A stretch of 37,135 bases of DNA from a virus (taxonomy: Duplodnaviria > Caudoviricetes): IMG/VR virus record IMGVR_UViG_3300048611_000244, positions 1-37,135 of that record. One strand, given 5' to 3'. The notes below the pieces were generated by a model. That model was not told the DNA's origin and did no database searches. It worked only from the letters and a program-made list of their open reading frames with translations. A program made the translations under genes and the position numbers. Of this stretch, positions 8,793 through 17,449 are shown piece by piece; position 1 is the first letter of the stretch, and each line of letters begins with the position of its first letter.

Positions 8793-8963
8793 ATTTAAGG
8801 GTATCACTTGTTCAAAGTCTAGTACGAACTATAGACGCCATAGACTGCCATTACAGTGGTAACTTGTAGCTAGGGAACTACTGCCATAAAGCAGCCAAGT
8901 GACTGTAATCACTACTACAAGTAAGGTGGGATAGTGACCCACAACAGATGATACCACTTAAAT
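8793..8963 (+). ncRNA. Candidate structured ncRNA with a pseudoknot
   Basis: Closing helix, internal hairpins and two crossing 8-bp helices (see findings). Confidence 0.5.
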
Positions 8964-8989
8964 TGTTTTAACTAATCAGGAGAACTACC

Positions 8990-9205
8990 ATGAAACGCTT
9001 TTATGTCGATCCACCCAATACCCTTTACGCAGTAGTCTATGATGAATTTGACGAAATACTCGCTGACGATTCAAAAGCACATAAAAGCAATGATGTCTTT
9101 TGTCTTTGCAGTAACTCAGAAGATGCCCAACACATTGCTTCCCTACTTAACCAAAAAGCTGCTGAATTAGTAGATGGAATACAGTTCGAGGAGGTAATAC
9201 CATGA
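8990..9205 (+). CDS. Early hypothetical protein
   Basis: SD AGGAGA; ORF track. Confidence 0.65.
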   Translation: MKRFYVDPPNTLYAVVYDEFDEILADDSKAHKSNDVFCLCSNSEDAQHIASLLNQKAAELVDGIQFEEVIP

Positions 9206-9456
9206 ATCGTAAGACAGCCTTTATCATCATGATTACCCAACTATTCACTTGGGCAGCAGGAATGCTTGTATTTCTTGCTCATCTCTGGGAAACAGCCGGT
9301 TATGGGCTCAATCCCTGGATTGCCTTACCTTGGGCAACTGCATTAATCCTTATACCTTATGTCATCTTCTACTCCATCACTGTAGATGAGCATAAGCAAC
9401 CAAAAGAGGACTTATCATGTATTCAACTCAAAAACCGTCAAACGAGTCGTTGGTAA
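9202..9456 (+). CDS. Early membrane protein (2 TM)
   Basis: Two hydrophobic segments; ATGA overlap; SD GGAGGT. Confidence 0.65.
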   Translation: MNRKTAFIIMITQLFTWAAGMLVFLAHLWETAGYGLNPWIALPWATALILIPYVIFYSITVDEHKQPKEDLSCIQLKNRQTSRW

Positions 9457-9685
9457 CAATGCGATGGATATCTATATTCATCATTGCATTCAGTCTGGCA
9501 ACAATAGGCTGGAACATGCTGAAACTGGTGCTGTAATGAACATACAACAGTTACCCATCATTCGAGAACACGACTCAAGAGTAACCATTACTCTTATCAA
9601 GGCATTAGCCTGGATATGTATCCTAACCTGGGGTGAACCATCTCCTATCTCAGCTATTGCTGAACTGATACGTTCCTGGCACTGA
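9386..9685 (+). CDS. Early hypothetical protein (start uncertain)
   Basis: ORF track; fills the gap before the hairpin at 9687-9721. Confidence 0.4.
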   Translation: MSISNQKRTYHVFNSKTVKRVVGNNAMDIYIHHCIQSGNNRLEHAETGAVMNIQQLPIIREHDSRVTITLIKALAWICILTWGEPSPISAIAELIRSWH

Positions 9686-9743
9686 ACTCTAGGCCTTCAC
9701 AGACCATCGTGAAGGCCAGAGCCAAGTACCGAGATAGAGTGGT

Positions 9744-9947
9744 ATGGAGAGAAAGATGGAATTTTTTAATCAACACATAATTCTTACTAGAATAGTAGCT
9801 CACCATGAGTATCACCATGCTTACCACGAGAAAGATTATGCCTCTGCTTGTGAATGGTCAATTCTATGGTTCAGATGTCTCATGGGCCCAATAGTACGTA
9901 CAAATAATTCTATCAATACTAAACGGAGATTTCCTCATGAAAATTGA
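9744..9947 (+). CDS. Early hypothetical protein
   Basis: ORF track; overlaps the next gene. Confidence 0.5.
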   Translation: MERKMEFFNQHIILTRIVAHHEYHHAYHEKDYASACEWSILWFRCLMGPIVRTNNSINTKRRFPHEN

Positions 9948-10185
9948 ATTAGGCAAAGAATACATTACAAACAGAGACCATGAAGTTAAACACATGAAAG
10001 GAAGAGAATTACACCTAAAGATCATTGCTCTTATGGATGATCCTGGTGAAGAAGCTATATTCACAGCACAACAAATCCATCCTAACCCTTTATACAATGG
10101 ATGTCTTTGGTATGTTACCAAATCAGGCCTTTGTTTAAGAGATTCAAATTCAGTTATCTTCAAGATACAAGAAGTTGAACCATAA
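9937..10185 (+). CDS. Early hypothetical protein
   Basis: SD GGAGA; starts MKIELGKEYITNR. Confidence 0.65.
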   Translation: MKIELGKEYITNRDHEVKHMKGRELHLKIIALMDDPGEEAIFTAQQIHPNPLYNGCLWYVTKSGLCLRDSNSVIFKIQEVEP

Positions 10186-10205
10186 ACATAACAGAGGCTT
10201 ATCTG

Positions 10206-10520
10206 ATGAATCTACAAATCGAGATAGTTAATCGCAGGAATACATCCTTTGGTGAATACGTAGGGCGTCCAACACCCTTAGGTAATCCATGGAGAGCCAG
10301 TGATACCTTACCTCGAGAGGAAGCTATTGCTAAATACAAAGCGTGGCTGAACCTTCAATGGAAAGCTGGTAATACACTAGTCACTGACGAATTACATCGT
10401 CTTGCTGAAAAGCTCAAGAGAGATGGAGAACTAGTCCTATCATGCTGGTGTGCTCCTAAAGCATGCCATGCTGATGTAATAGCAGAAGCTATCAAGGCTA
10501 TAGTCGAGAAAGATCTTTAA
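10206..10520 (+). CDS. DUF4326 family protein
   Basis: YVGRPTPLGNPW...REEAIAKY...LSCWCAPKACHADVI signature. Confidence 0.85.
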   Translation: MNLQIEIVNRRNTSFGEYVGRPTPLGNPWRASDTLPREEAIAKYKAWLNLQWKAGNTLVTDELHRLAEKLKRDGELVLSCWCAPKACHADVIAEAIKAIVEKDL

Positions 10521-10543
10521 TCATCCTGAGGAGGAAAAATATC

Positions 10544-10786
10544 ATGCCTGCAAAGATACGTTTTGAACCTGTTGTACGTGTAACCAAACCACCTCGTCGC
10601 ATTACTCAACCTAGATCTGTGTGGAGAGAAATATTAATCAACATGGAACCAGGACAATGGTTTGAAGTACCTATAAATCATAAATGTGCTGCACGAACTG
10701 CTGGTTCTAAGTTTGTACGTGGAAAGTATTCCATGTATACGCACCCAACCAAGCAAGACACTTACGTCTTCACCATCACTAAATAA
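10544..10786 (+). CDS. Small basic putative DNA-binding protein
   Basis: SD GAGGAGG; basic; W...MEPGQWFEVP pattern seen in small phage DNA-binding proteins. Confidence 0.6.
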   Translation: MPAKIRFEPVVRVTKPPRRITQPRSVWREILINMEPGQWFEVPINHKCAARTAGSKFVRGKYSMYTHPTKQDTYVFTITK

Positions 10787-10894
10787 CAATTGTGTCACGT
10801 AGAGAATGCTATCCAGCATAGGTGGATACAAGCTGCTATACCAAAGTCAGCTCATTCTCTACTTTTAATCCTTAATTAATACAGGAGATAGATC

Positions 10895-11290
10895 ATGAAT
10901 ACTACACTGCAAGAACGTCAAGAAGTATTTGATAAAGTGGCAACTCACCTTATCAAACAAGATCAAAAATCCCAGACTGCCGGACTATGCTTACTCAGAA
11001 AGAATCTTAATGGAAAAATATTAAAGTGTGCTCTTGGCTGCTTAATATCTGATGAAGCATACTATTTTGCTTTAGAACGTGAATACTTATTAAGCATCTC
11101 ACACAGAAAAGTGTTAGAACAATCCAAAGTTCCCGGTATTGTAGAAAGTGTGAAAAAATCATGTCCCGAAATGTGGTCCCTTTTACATGAGCTTATTCAA
11201 ATACATGATCAATCATCACCTTCAAGATGGAAGGACAATTTACAGCGAGTAGCTGAAATGTTTAAGCTATCTTCCGAAGCTATTCTTTAA
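10895..11290 (+). CDS. Phage hypothetical protein
   Basis: QEVFDKVATHLIKQ...C...KCALGCLI...LIQIHD pattern that I recognise from other phages. Confidence 0.7.
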   Translation: MNTTLQERQEVFDKVATHLIKQDQKSQTAGLCLLRKNLNGKILKCALGCLISDEAYYFALEREYLLSISHRKVLEQSKVPGIVESVKKSCPEMWSLLHELIQIHDQSSPSRWKDNLQRVAEMFKLSSEAIL

Positions 11291-11333
11291 TAAAAGATAG
11301 CATCAATATCCTTACTACAGAGAGGAAAATACC

Positions 11334-11525
11334 ATGTATACACATCGTATCAAGAAGTCCAACCAACGTTGCTTCATGGCTGTATGGTGGCCATCAGAGG
11401 ATCCTGGAGCAGGTCATCGTGAAAGGGAATATCCTCTCATGTTCATTGAAGGCGGACAGATCAATCGAGTTAACAAAGATAATCTGGAAAAGCTTTCAAA
11501 CCAGACGGAAATACCTAAATCTTAG
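11334..11525 (+). CDS. Early hypothetical protein
   Basis: SD GAGGA; ORF track. Confidence 0.6.
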   Translation: MYTHRIKKSNQRCFMAVWWPSEDPGAGHREREYPLMFIEGGQINRVNKDNLEKLSNQTEIPKS

Positions 11526-11537
11526 AAGGAGACTGTC

Positions 11538-11846
11538 ATGCACAGACCTACAGTAACTCGTGGTACCAAGCATAAGCCTTCGAAAGGACAGAACATGTTC
11601 AGGGCTCAAAATCGAAAGGCTGAAGCTCGGAAGCAACGTCAAATAGCTCAAAGACAAGCTATGAAAGAACGTAAGAAAGCTATTCCAGCTCAGCTCAAAG
11701 AGAAATGGGCAAAACTACAAAGCTACTTTTTCAAGACCAGGTACCTCAAAGGTAAGTACACACCTCATCAGGGCCCTCAAGAGAAAGCACGTAGAACGCA
11801 GCAAATGTTTTCACACAGATGCATTAATCCAGAGACTTGGAAGTAA
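11538..11846 (+). CDS. Basic hypothetical protein
   Basis: SD AAGGAGA; K/R-rich; YTPHQGPQEKARR motif. Confidence 0.65.
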   Translation: MHRPTVTRGTKHKPSKGQNMFRAQNRKAEARKQRQIAQRQAMKERKKAIPAQLKEKWAKLQSYFFKTRYLKGKYTPHQGPQEKARRTQQMFSHRCINPETWK

Positions 11847-12253
11847 TGACAACTAAGCCGCGGATTATTACTGCTATAGCTGTTGTAGGATCAAGAAAGT
11901 TCCCTAAACCAGATCTGGTTAAGAAGGAACTGGATGAAATCCTCAAACGTGCTATCAAAAGTAACAAGCGCCTGCACATCATCACTGGTGGTGCTGCAGG
12001 CGTTGATACTTGGGCTGCTGATTGGGCTATTGCTAATCAAGTAATGCTTACCATCATTCCTGCTGAATGGAATCTCTTCGGTAAGAAGGCAGGATATGTG
12101 AGGAACAATGATATATGGGATCGTGCTTTAGCAGGAATAGCCTTCTGGGACGGTAATTCACCTGGTACACAACATTCATTTCAAATCGCTCAACGAAAAG
12201 GCTTGAAACTCAAGCTTATTCGTACAGACGAGATAGATAATCTTCCTTGGTAA
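11846..12253 (+). CDS. SLOG-superfamily (DprA/YspA/DUF2493-like) protein
   Basis: AVVGSR, IITGGAAGVDTWA, GKKAGYVRN and AFWDGNSPGT motifs; TAATG-coupled. Confidence 0.85.
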   Translation: MTTKPRIITAIAVVGSRKFPKPDLVKKELDEILKRAIKSNKRLHIITGGAAGVDTWAADWAIANQVMLTIIPAEWNLFGKKAGYVRNNDIWDRALAGIAFWDGNSPGTQHSFQIAQRKGLKLKLIRTDEIDNLPW

Positions 12254-12278
12254 CAAAAATTTAATAGAGGAGAGTACT

Positions 12279-12857
12279 ATGCAAGTTTCACTTAATTATT
12301 CCATAATGGATCAAACACTCTGGTCTGCTGAGAATGCTATAGAAGCTGGACAACTTTATCAACATCCTAATTGGACATTGAATAGACCTATTTATATATT
12401 TGATATGGATGGCACCATTTGTGACAGTACACATCGTCACCATTTTCTACAATCCGTAGACGCTGAAGGTAATGTAGTGTCACGACCTGGTGGTAAAGAT
12501 TGGACTGCATTCTTTGCAGCTCAAAAGGATGACAGTGTATTTCCAGCAATAGCCGGTATTATGGAAGCTCTCATTGCTAGCATGAATCTTGTTATTATTC
12601 TCACAGGACGGCCTGAAGGTCAACGAGCAGAAAGCGTACGTTGGCTCAGAGAATGGTCTATACCCTATCATGCCCTATTCATGAGACCTGAAGACAATCG
12701 CATAAACGATAACATTTTAAAGCCTATTCAAATACATACATATTTAGTAGACCATGTTCCAAACGTCCGTACTATATTTGAAGATAGGCGTCGTATTGTA
12801 GATTCGCTCAGACATCATGGTTTCCATGTCTGTCATGTCACAGAAGGAGACTTTTGA
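12279..12857 (+). CDS. HAD phosphatase like the 3'-phosphatase domain of T4 polynucleotide kinase/phosphatase
   Basis: IFDMDGT (DxD), LTGR, LFMRP, FEDR motifs. Confidence 0.85.
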   Translation: MQVSLNYSIMDQTLWSAENAIEAGQLYQHPNWTLNRPIYIFDMDGTICDSTHRHHFLQSVDAEGNVVSRPGGKDWTAFFAAQKDDSVFPAIAGIMEALIASMNLVIILTGRPEGQRAESVRWLREWSIPYHALFMRPEDNRINDNILKPIQIHTYLVDHVPNVRTIFEDRRRIVDSLRHHGFHVCHVTEGDF

Positions 12858-12872
12858 ATAGGGAGAAGGGCC

Positions 12873-13784
12873 ATGAGACCGTCACAAGCTATGATGGAGG
12901 CAATGTTCTCTCAGCGTAATATTCACGATGTATTGCACCGATCCATTGCTCAACAGTTAGACAAAGTACTATTAACTTGGTCAATTGGCGCATATATGCG
13001 AATTGATGAGTTTCTATCAGGCGATTACTTCGAGTCAAAGAATAAAAGACTTGGAGAATTAAGAGAATACCTTAGTGACCATGGCCTGGAAGACATCGTG
13101 ATATCAATATTAGCTAGTGTTATTCGAGGCAAATGTGATCAAACAATACAGCATTGTCTAGGATACCTGGAAAAATACATGCCTCACGAAAATGTATTTG
13201 ATCGAGTACGTACGGCAGGTGAGCTTTTAGCAGTATGTGGGGGCAAGGGTCGTCTCTTTGAAATTAAAAGAGTGTCTCCTAACTCACCACCTCTTGTCAT
13301 AGTTAATCACTGGAATGTAATTCTAAACACCTTTCAAGATCAATTGGAGTGGATAGATGACACATTCTACAACCCACCTCTAGTAGAAAAGCCCAAGAAA
13401 GTTTCTTCTAACAAATCTTGTGGCTATCACACTATTAGAGAACCCGTAATACTGGGTAGAGAGACTCAACACAACCATAATGTCAGCTATGATGTGTTAA
13501 ATCGTCTCAACATAGTGCCTTGGTATTTGGATGGAATGGTACTTGCCGCTCCTGAGAAAGCTCCACATACTCTCAAAGAACCTCAAGCTATCCGAAACCA
13601 TATTAAACACGTTACCCAGGCTCGCCGGGTATATGCCATCCTAGGCTCAGAGCAATTCTGGCTGGTTTGGCAATATGACTCTCGAGGCAGAGCATATTCA
13701 CACGGACATCATGTGAATTTTCAAAGCTACGAGTATAAGAAAGCAATGCTTTCGTTCGGACACGAGCGAATCATTACTCCTTAG
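12873..13784 (+). CDS. N4-type RNA polymerase II subunit 1 (gp15-like)
   Basis: PPLVEKP, YDVLNRLN and YDSRGRAYSHGHHVNFQSYEYKKA (DxRGR motif). Confidence 0.92.
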   Translation: MRPSQAMMEAMFSQRNIHDVLHRSIAQQLDKVLLTWSIGAYMRIDEFLSGDYFESKNKRLGELREYLSDHGLEDIVISILASVIRGKCDQTIQHCLGYLEKYMPHENVFDRVRTAGELLAVCGGKGRLFEIKRVSPNSPPLVIVNHWNVILNTFQDQLEWIDDTFYNPPLVEKPKKVSSNKSCGYHTIREPVILGRETQHNHNVSYDVLNRLNIVPWYLDGMVLAAPEKAPHTLKEPQAIRNHIKHVTQARRVYAILGSEQFWLVWQYDSRGRAYSHGHHVNFQSYEYKKAMLSFGHERIITP

Positions 13785-13918
13785 CCCTCGTGAGAGCTCC
13801 TGTAGTGATCGCTGTGCCCATTTAACACTCCAGGCAAGGCCATCCCTGCCCTAACACTTTATAAAGGACTACAGGAGCTCTGAGGGCCTCTTTCCAATAT
13901 CAATCTGAGGAACTAATT

Positions 13919-14251
13919 ATGTACAACGACTTAGATATTCATTTAGGCATTGATATGTTTGGAATGAATACAAATAGAAAAGTGAATACAGACAGAAATG
14001 AACCAGCGATGCACAAGAAGTCTTTCTGGGACACAATCAAAGATGCTGGTTATATTCCTTCCCCCAGAAAGCCAGCTGTAATTCATTCACCTAGTTACAA
14101 TAACACTCCATCATTTCATGTACACGTACCTAATGCACGAGACTGTGGCCATGAATACGAACAATATTTCACAGTTCAACATGGCCCAATGTTAACCAGT
14201 ATAGATGATGAATTGCATCAGTTTCTTCATATAAGCAAACCTAACCACTGA
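13919..14251 (+). CDS. Hypothetical protein between the RNAP II subunits
   Basis: SD GAGGA; ORF track. Confidence 0.6.
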   Translation: MYNDLDIHLGIDMFGMNTNRKVNTDRNEPAMHKKSFWDTIKDAGYIPSPRKPAVIHSPSYNNTPSFHVHVPNARDCGHEYEQYFTVQHGPMLTSIDDELHQFLHISKPNH

Positions 14252-14377
14252 CCATTTCCAAGCCCTATCCGGGTTAAGGACGGCCGGTGGGGGTCGTAGG
14301 CAAAAGCAAGGTCGGATAGGGTAACCTCTGATTACCTCTTTTGCCATCCCACCATAATTTTTCAAGAGGAGAAAGTA

Positions 14378-14752
14378 ATGAAACAGTATCAGTACAAAGA
14401 GAACGATATGCTTGCCTATGCACTAGTTGTTTTAGGTGCATGTGAAAGTCAAATTGAAGAATATGGTCACCTTACAGTGACACAGATTCATCAAAAGACA
14501 GGTGGCAATGATTTTGATTGGTTTACAGCCTGGGATTGGCTTTTAGATCAACTGTATTTTAACAGTCATGAAATTCCAGAGGCAACTTCTAATCGTTTAC
14601 ACAATGCCTTGCACTATGGACTCATAGATAATCCACGAGAAAATCAATGGGTCTCTGCTGTTAAAGATAGTGATGTAGCAAAGGCTCTCAAAGCTACTTT
14701 TACACCACGGGCAATTCAAATCTTGTTAAACAAAATGCTAAGAGAGGTATAG
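14378..14752 (+). CDS. Hypothetical protein
   Basis: SD GAGGAG; ORF track. Confidence 0.65.
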   Translation: MKQYQYKENDMLAYALVVLGACESQIEEYGHLTVTQIHQKTGGNDFDWFTAWDWLLDQLYFNSHEIPEATSNRLHNALHYGLIDNPRENQWVSAVKDSDVAKALKATFTPRAIQILLNKMLREV

Positions 14753-14754
14753 CT

Positions 14755-15738
14755 ATGCAAACCTTTTCCGGCATTGAGTATGTCAAAATTGACATTGCTA
14801 ACCAGTTTGGGCTTGATCGCCTTTTATGGCGCGATAGGATCCACTGGTGCAATAACAATCGACCGGACTTGGCTGAATTAGCTGAAAATTCGGAGAGGCA
14901 ACATCTATTCTCTAAAGCTTTGAGAGCTCTCGAAGCAGCAGAGAATGGGGTGCCTCACCGTTTCATCATGGGCCTGGATGCAACAGCATCTGGGCTACAA
15001 ATGATGGCAGCTATGTCTGGTTGTCGTGAGACTGCACGTTGCGTCAATTTAATTGATACAGGAAAACGTGAAGACGTTTACCAAGAAGTAGCGGAGACGA
15101 TGACTAAGTACATTGGCGCCGAAGTCTCAAGAAAAGTAGTGAAAAAACCAATCATGACCTTCTTCTATGGTTCTCAAGCACAACCTAAAAGCATATTTGG
15201 TGAGGGCGATGCTCTCACAGCATTCTATAGCGCATTAGGTAACCTTATGCCTGGAGCCATGGAGTTAATGAAGCTCTTTCAATCTTTCTGGGATCCCACT
15301 GCTTCTCGCTATCAATGGGCTATGCCTGATGGACATGTAGTTGATTGGCCAGTAATGGCTGTAAAAGACCAGGATATCGAGATAGATGAGGCTCATCACA
15401 CTCGTTTCATATATCGGAGTAAGTATCCACAACCTCAGCTTCAAGGCCGTTCACTGGCCGCAAACATCACTCATAGCGTTGATGCATATGCTTGTCGAGA
15501 GATGGTGAGGAAGTGTCAAAAGCAAGGATTTCACATGGTTCCAATCCATGATTGCTTTTATGCTCATCCAAACGATATGAATCAAGTGAGACAGGCTTAC
15601 GTTGAAGTACTAGCCAGTATTTCTGAACAGAATCTGGTGACTAATATTCTTAGTCAGATTTCTGGTCGTACATTTCAATTCAGAAAGCGAAGCAATTTAG
15701 CTGAAGAAATTCTTCAAGCTGATTACGCTCTATCTTAA
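14755..15738 (+). CDS. N4-type RNA polymerase II subunit 2 (gp16-like)
   Basis: N-terminal IDIANQFGLD; motif A LDATASGLQ; motif B RKVVKKPIMTFFYG; motif C IHDCF; C-terminal YALS. Confidence 0.95.
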   Translation: MQTFSGIEYVKIDIANQFGLDRLLWRDRIHWCNNNRPDLAELAENSERQHLFSKALRALEAAENGVPHRFIMGLDATASGLQMMAAMSGCRETARCVNLIDTGKREDVYQEVAETMTKYIGAEVSRKVVKKPIMTFFYGSQAQPKSIFGEGDALTAFYSALGNLMPGAMELMKLFQSFWDPTASRYQWAMPDGHVVDWPVMAVKDQDIEIDEAHHTRFIYRSKYPQPQLQGRSLAANITHSVDAYACREMVRKCQKQGFHMVPIHDCFYAHPNDMNQVRQAYVEVLASISEQNLVTNILSQISGRTFQFRKRSNLAEEILQADYALS

Positions 15739-15749
15739 AAATTGTTATC

Positions 15750-15767
15750 GGCGCTCCGCGCCTACGG
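15750..15767 (+). promoter_or_regulatory. N4 vRNAP-type hairpin (template strand GGCGC-GGA-GCGCC)
   Basis: 5-bp stem with C-GGA-G loop; G 11 nt downstream of the loop centre; identical copy at 24303. Confidence 0.6.
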
Positions 15768-15806
15768 TGGGTGGCTCTAGTACAGAGCTACCCACCTTTT
15801 TTTTTT
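15766..15806 (+). terminator. Intrinsic terminator after RNAP II subunit 2
   Basis: GGTGGGTGGCTCT/AGAGCTACCCACC stem plus T10. Confidence 0.9.
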
Positions 15807-15900
15807 ATAGGCCGAATAAAGCATTTTATTCAAAAGCTTGAAACCATTTGATTAAAAATAGCCTATTTTTCCATAAAACCTGTTGAAAGTGAGGAAGAAC

Positions 15901-17022
15901 ATGAGTGAGGACAGTAAAGCAAAAAAACGTCTTGATCCTTTAAAGAATTTTATGCCTGTTAGCTTGATGGAAGCAGAGCCTCTCATCAAAGATATTTTCA
16001 AAGCTCGTTGGGTTCCCAACTTGGTTTCAAGCCCAGGTGTAGGCAAGAGCTCTATCATTCGTCAAATTGCCGAGAATTGGAATCTTTGTCTAATTGATAT
16101 TCGCCTAACGTCCATGGTGCCAGAGGATTTAAATGGATTTCCTCATACTTATGAAGTAGAGATGGCAGATGGAACCAAGACAACCATGGCTACTTATGTC
16201 CCAATGGACATGTGGCCCATTAAAGGTACCAAGCTCCCAATAAATCCTAAAACAGGAGAGAGCTATCGAGGGTGGATAGTATTTCTAGATGAACTACCTG
16301 CAGCTATTCCTGCTGTCCAAGTCGCTGCATATAAGTTACTACTGGATCGAATGATCGGTTTGCATCGCCTAGATAATCGAGCATTAGTTGCTTCAGCAGG
16401 TAATTTGATGACAGATAAAGCATTTGCCAACCGTCAATCCACTGCAACTCAATCCAGAATCTGCACATTGCCTATTAAGGTATGTACTGAATCCTGGCAT
16501 TGGTGGGCAACTCAAAACAATCTGGATCATAGAGTGCAATCCTTTATTAAATTTCAACCTCAAAAATTGCATGATTTTGATCCAGACCACAAAGATTTAA
16601 CCTTCCCTTGTCCTCGTACCTGGGAAATGGTTAGTGACATTATCAAACCAATGAAAGATATCTCTCCAGCAAAGAAGCCCTTGCTGGCTGGTTGCATTGG
16701 TGTAGGTGCTGCAAGAGAATTCTTTGCGTACACACAGGTATTTCAACAATTACCTGATTTTGAACAGATCATTCGAGATCCAGACAGTGTGCATCTTAGT
16801 TCTGAGCCTTCAGTTCAATATGCTGTTGCCGGCATGATCGGCACTAAGATGAATGAATCAAATGCAGATCCCTGTATTACTTTCTTAGGCCGTTTAGGAG
16901 CAGACTTTCAAGTTACTGCTTTACGACAAGCTATTGCTCACACACCTGCTCTGTTTAATCACAAGTCAGTTAAAGAATGGCGTAAATTTAATACAAAAGC
17001 TTTGATTACAAGGAAAGCATAA
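15901..17022 (+). CDS. MoxR-like AAA+ ATPase (N4 gp24-like)
   Basis: Walker A SSPGVGKS, Walker B VFLDE, ASAGN, CPRTWE. Confidence 0.9.
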   Translation: MSEDSKAKKRLDPLKNFMPVSLMEAEPLIKDIFKARWVPNLVSSPGVGKSSIIRQIAENWNLCLIDIRLTSMVPEDLNGFPHTYEVEMADGTKTTMATYVPMDMWPIKGTKLPINPKTGESYRGWIVFLDELPAAIPAVQVAAYKLLLDRMIGLHRLDNRALVASAGNLMTDKAFANRQSTATQSRICTLPIKVCTESWHWWATQNNLDHRVQSFIKFQPQKLHDFDPDHKDLTFPCPRTWEMVSDIIKPMKDISPAKKPLLAGCIGVGAAREFFAYTQVFQQLPDFEQIIRDPDSVHLSSEPSVQYAVAGMIGTKMNESNADPCITFLGRLGADFQVTALRQAIAHTPALFNHKSVKEWRKFNTKALITRKA

Positions 17023-17237
17023 TGGCTATTAAATTCCCAGTAACTACTCCTATGTTTCTTCATCTAACGGGACAATTACCAGCTGATGATGATCTTAAGA
17101 GGTGCAATTGTAAATTTGCAGGACAAGCTACTCATGCTACTTGTGGAATGTGCAAACATGATCTTCCTGTTTTTATGTGTCAGCCTTGCATTCTAGAATG
17201 TATAAATCTTTCTGGGAGACAGATAAATGCCATCTAA
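17022..17237 (+). CDS. Small Cys-rich (Zn-finger-like) protein
   Basis: RCNC...H..CGMCKHDLPVFMC..C; TAATG-coupled. Confidence 0.65.
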   Translation: MAIKFPVTTPMFLHLTGQLPADDDLKRCNCKFAGQATHATCGMCKHDLPVFMCQPCILECINLSGRQINAI

Positions 17238-17448
17238 ATTTGCAACAATTAATGGCCCTACTTCAATACCTGTATTTTGTGCCAAGCTCACAGAAATAGC
17301 TGAAAATATTGAACACATTGCTTGTGTTGTGCAATACAAAGATCAAAGTACTGAAGTTCTTAGTTCACATATGTCTAGTGGAGATGTTGCTTGGTTAAGA
17401 TGGGTATTTGATCAAGACTTTCGTCCAGAACATGAAGAGGAGCAATAG
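17227..17448 (+). CDS. Hypothetical protein
   Basis: ORF track; SD GGGAGA. Confidence 0.6.
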   Translation: MPSKFATINGPTSIPVFCAKLTEIAENIEHIACVVQYKDQSTEVLSSHMSSGDVAWLRWVFDQDFRPEHEEEQ

Positions 17449-17449
17449 T

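Noticed and set aside
8715-8963. Hammerhead ribozyme
   Set aside because: No CUGANGA/GAAA core in the required positions.
13785-14754. Intron or frameshift splitting a single RNA polymerase gene
   Set aside because: N4-type RNAP II is natively two-subunit, and both ORFs have their normal termini.
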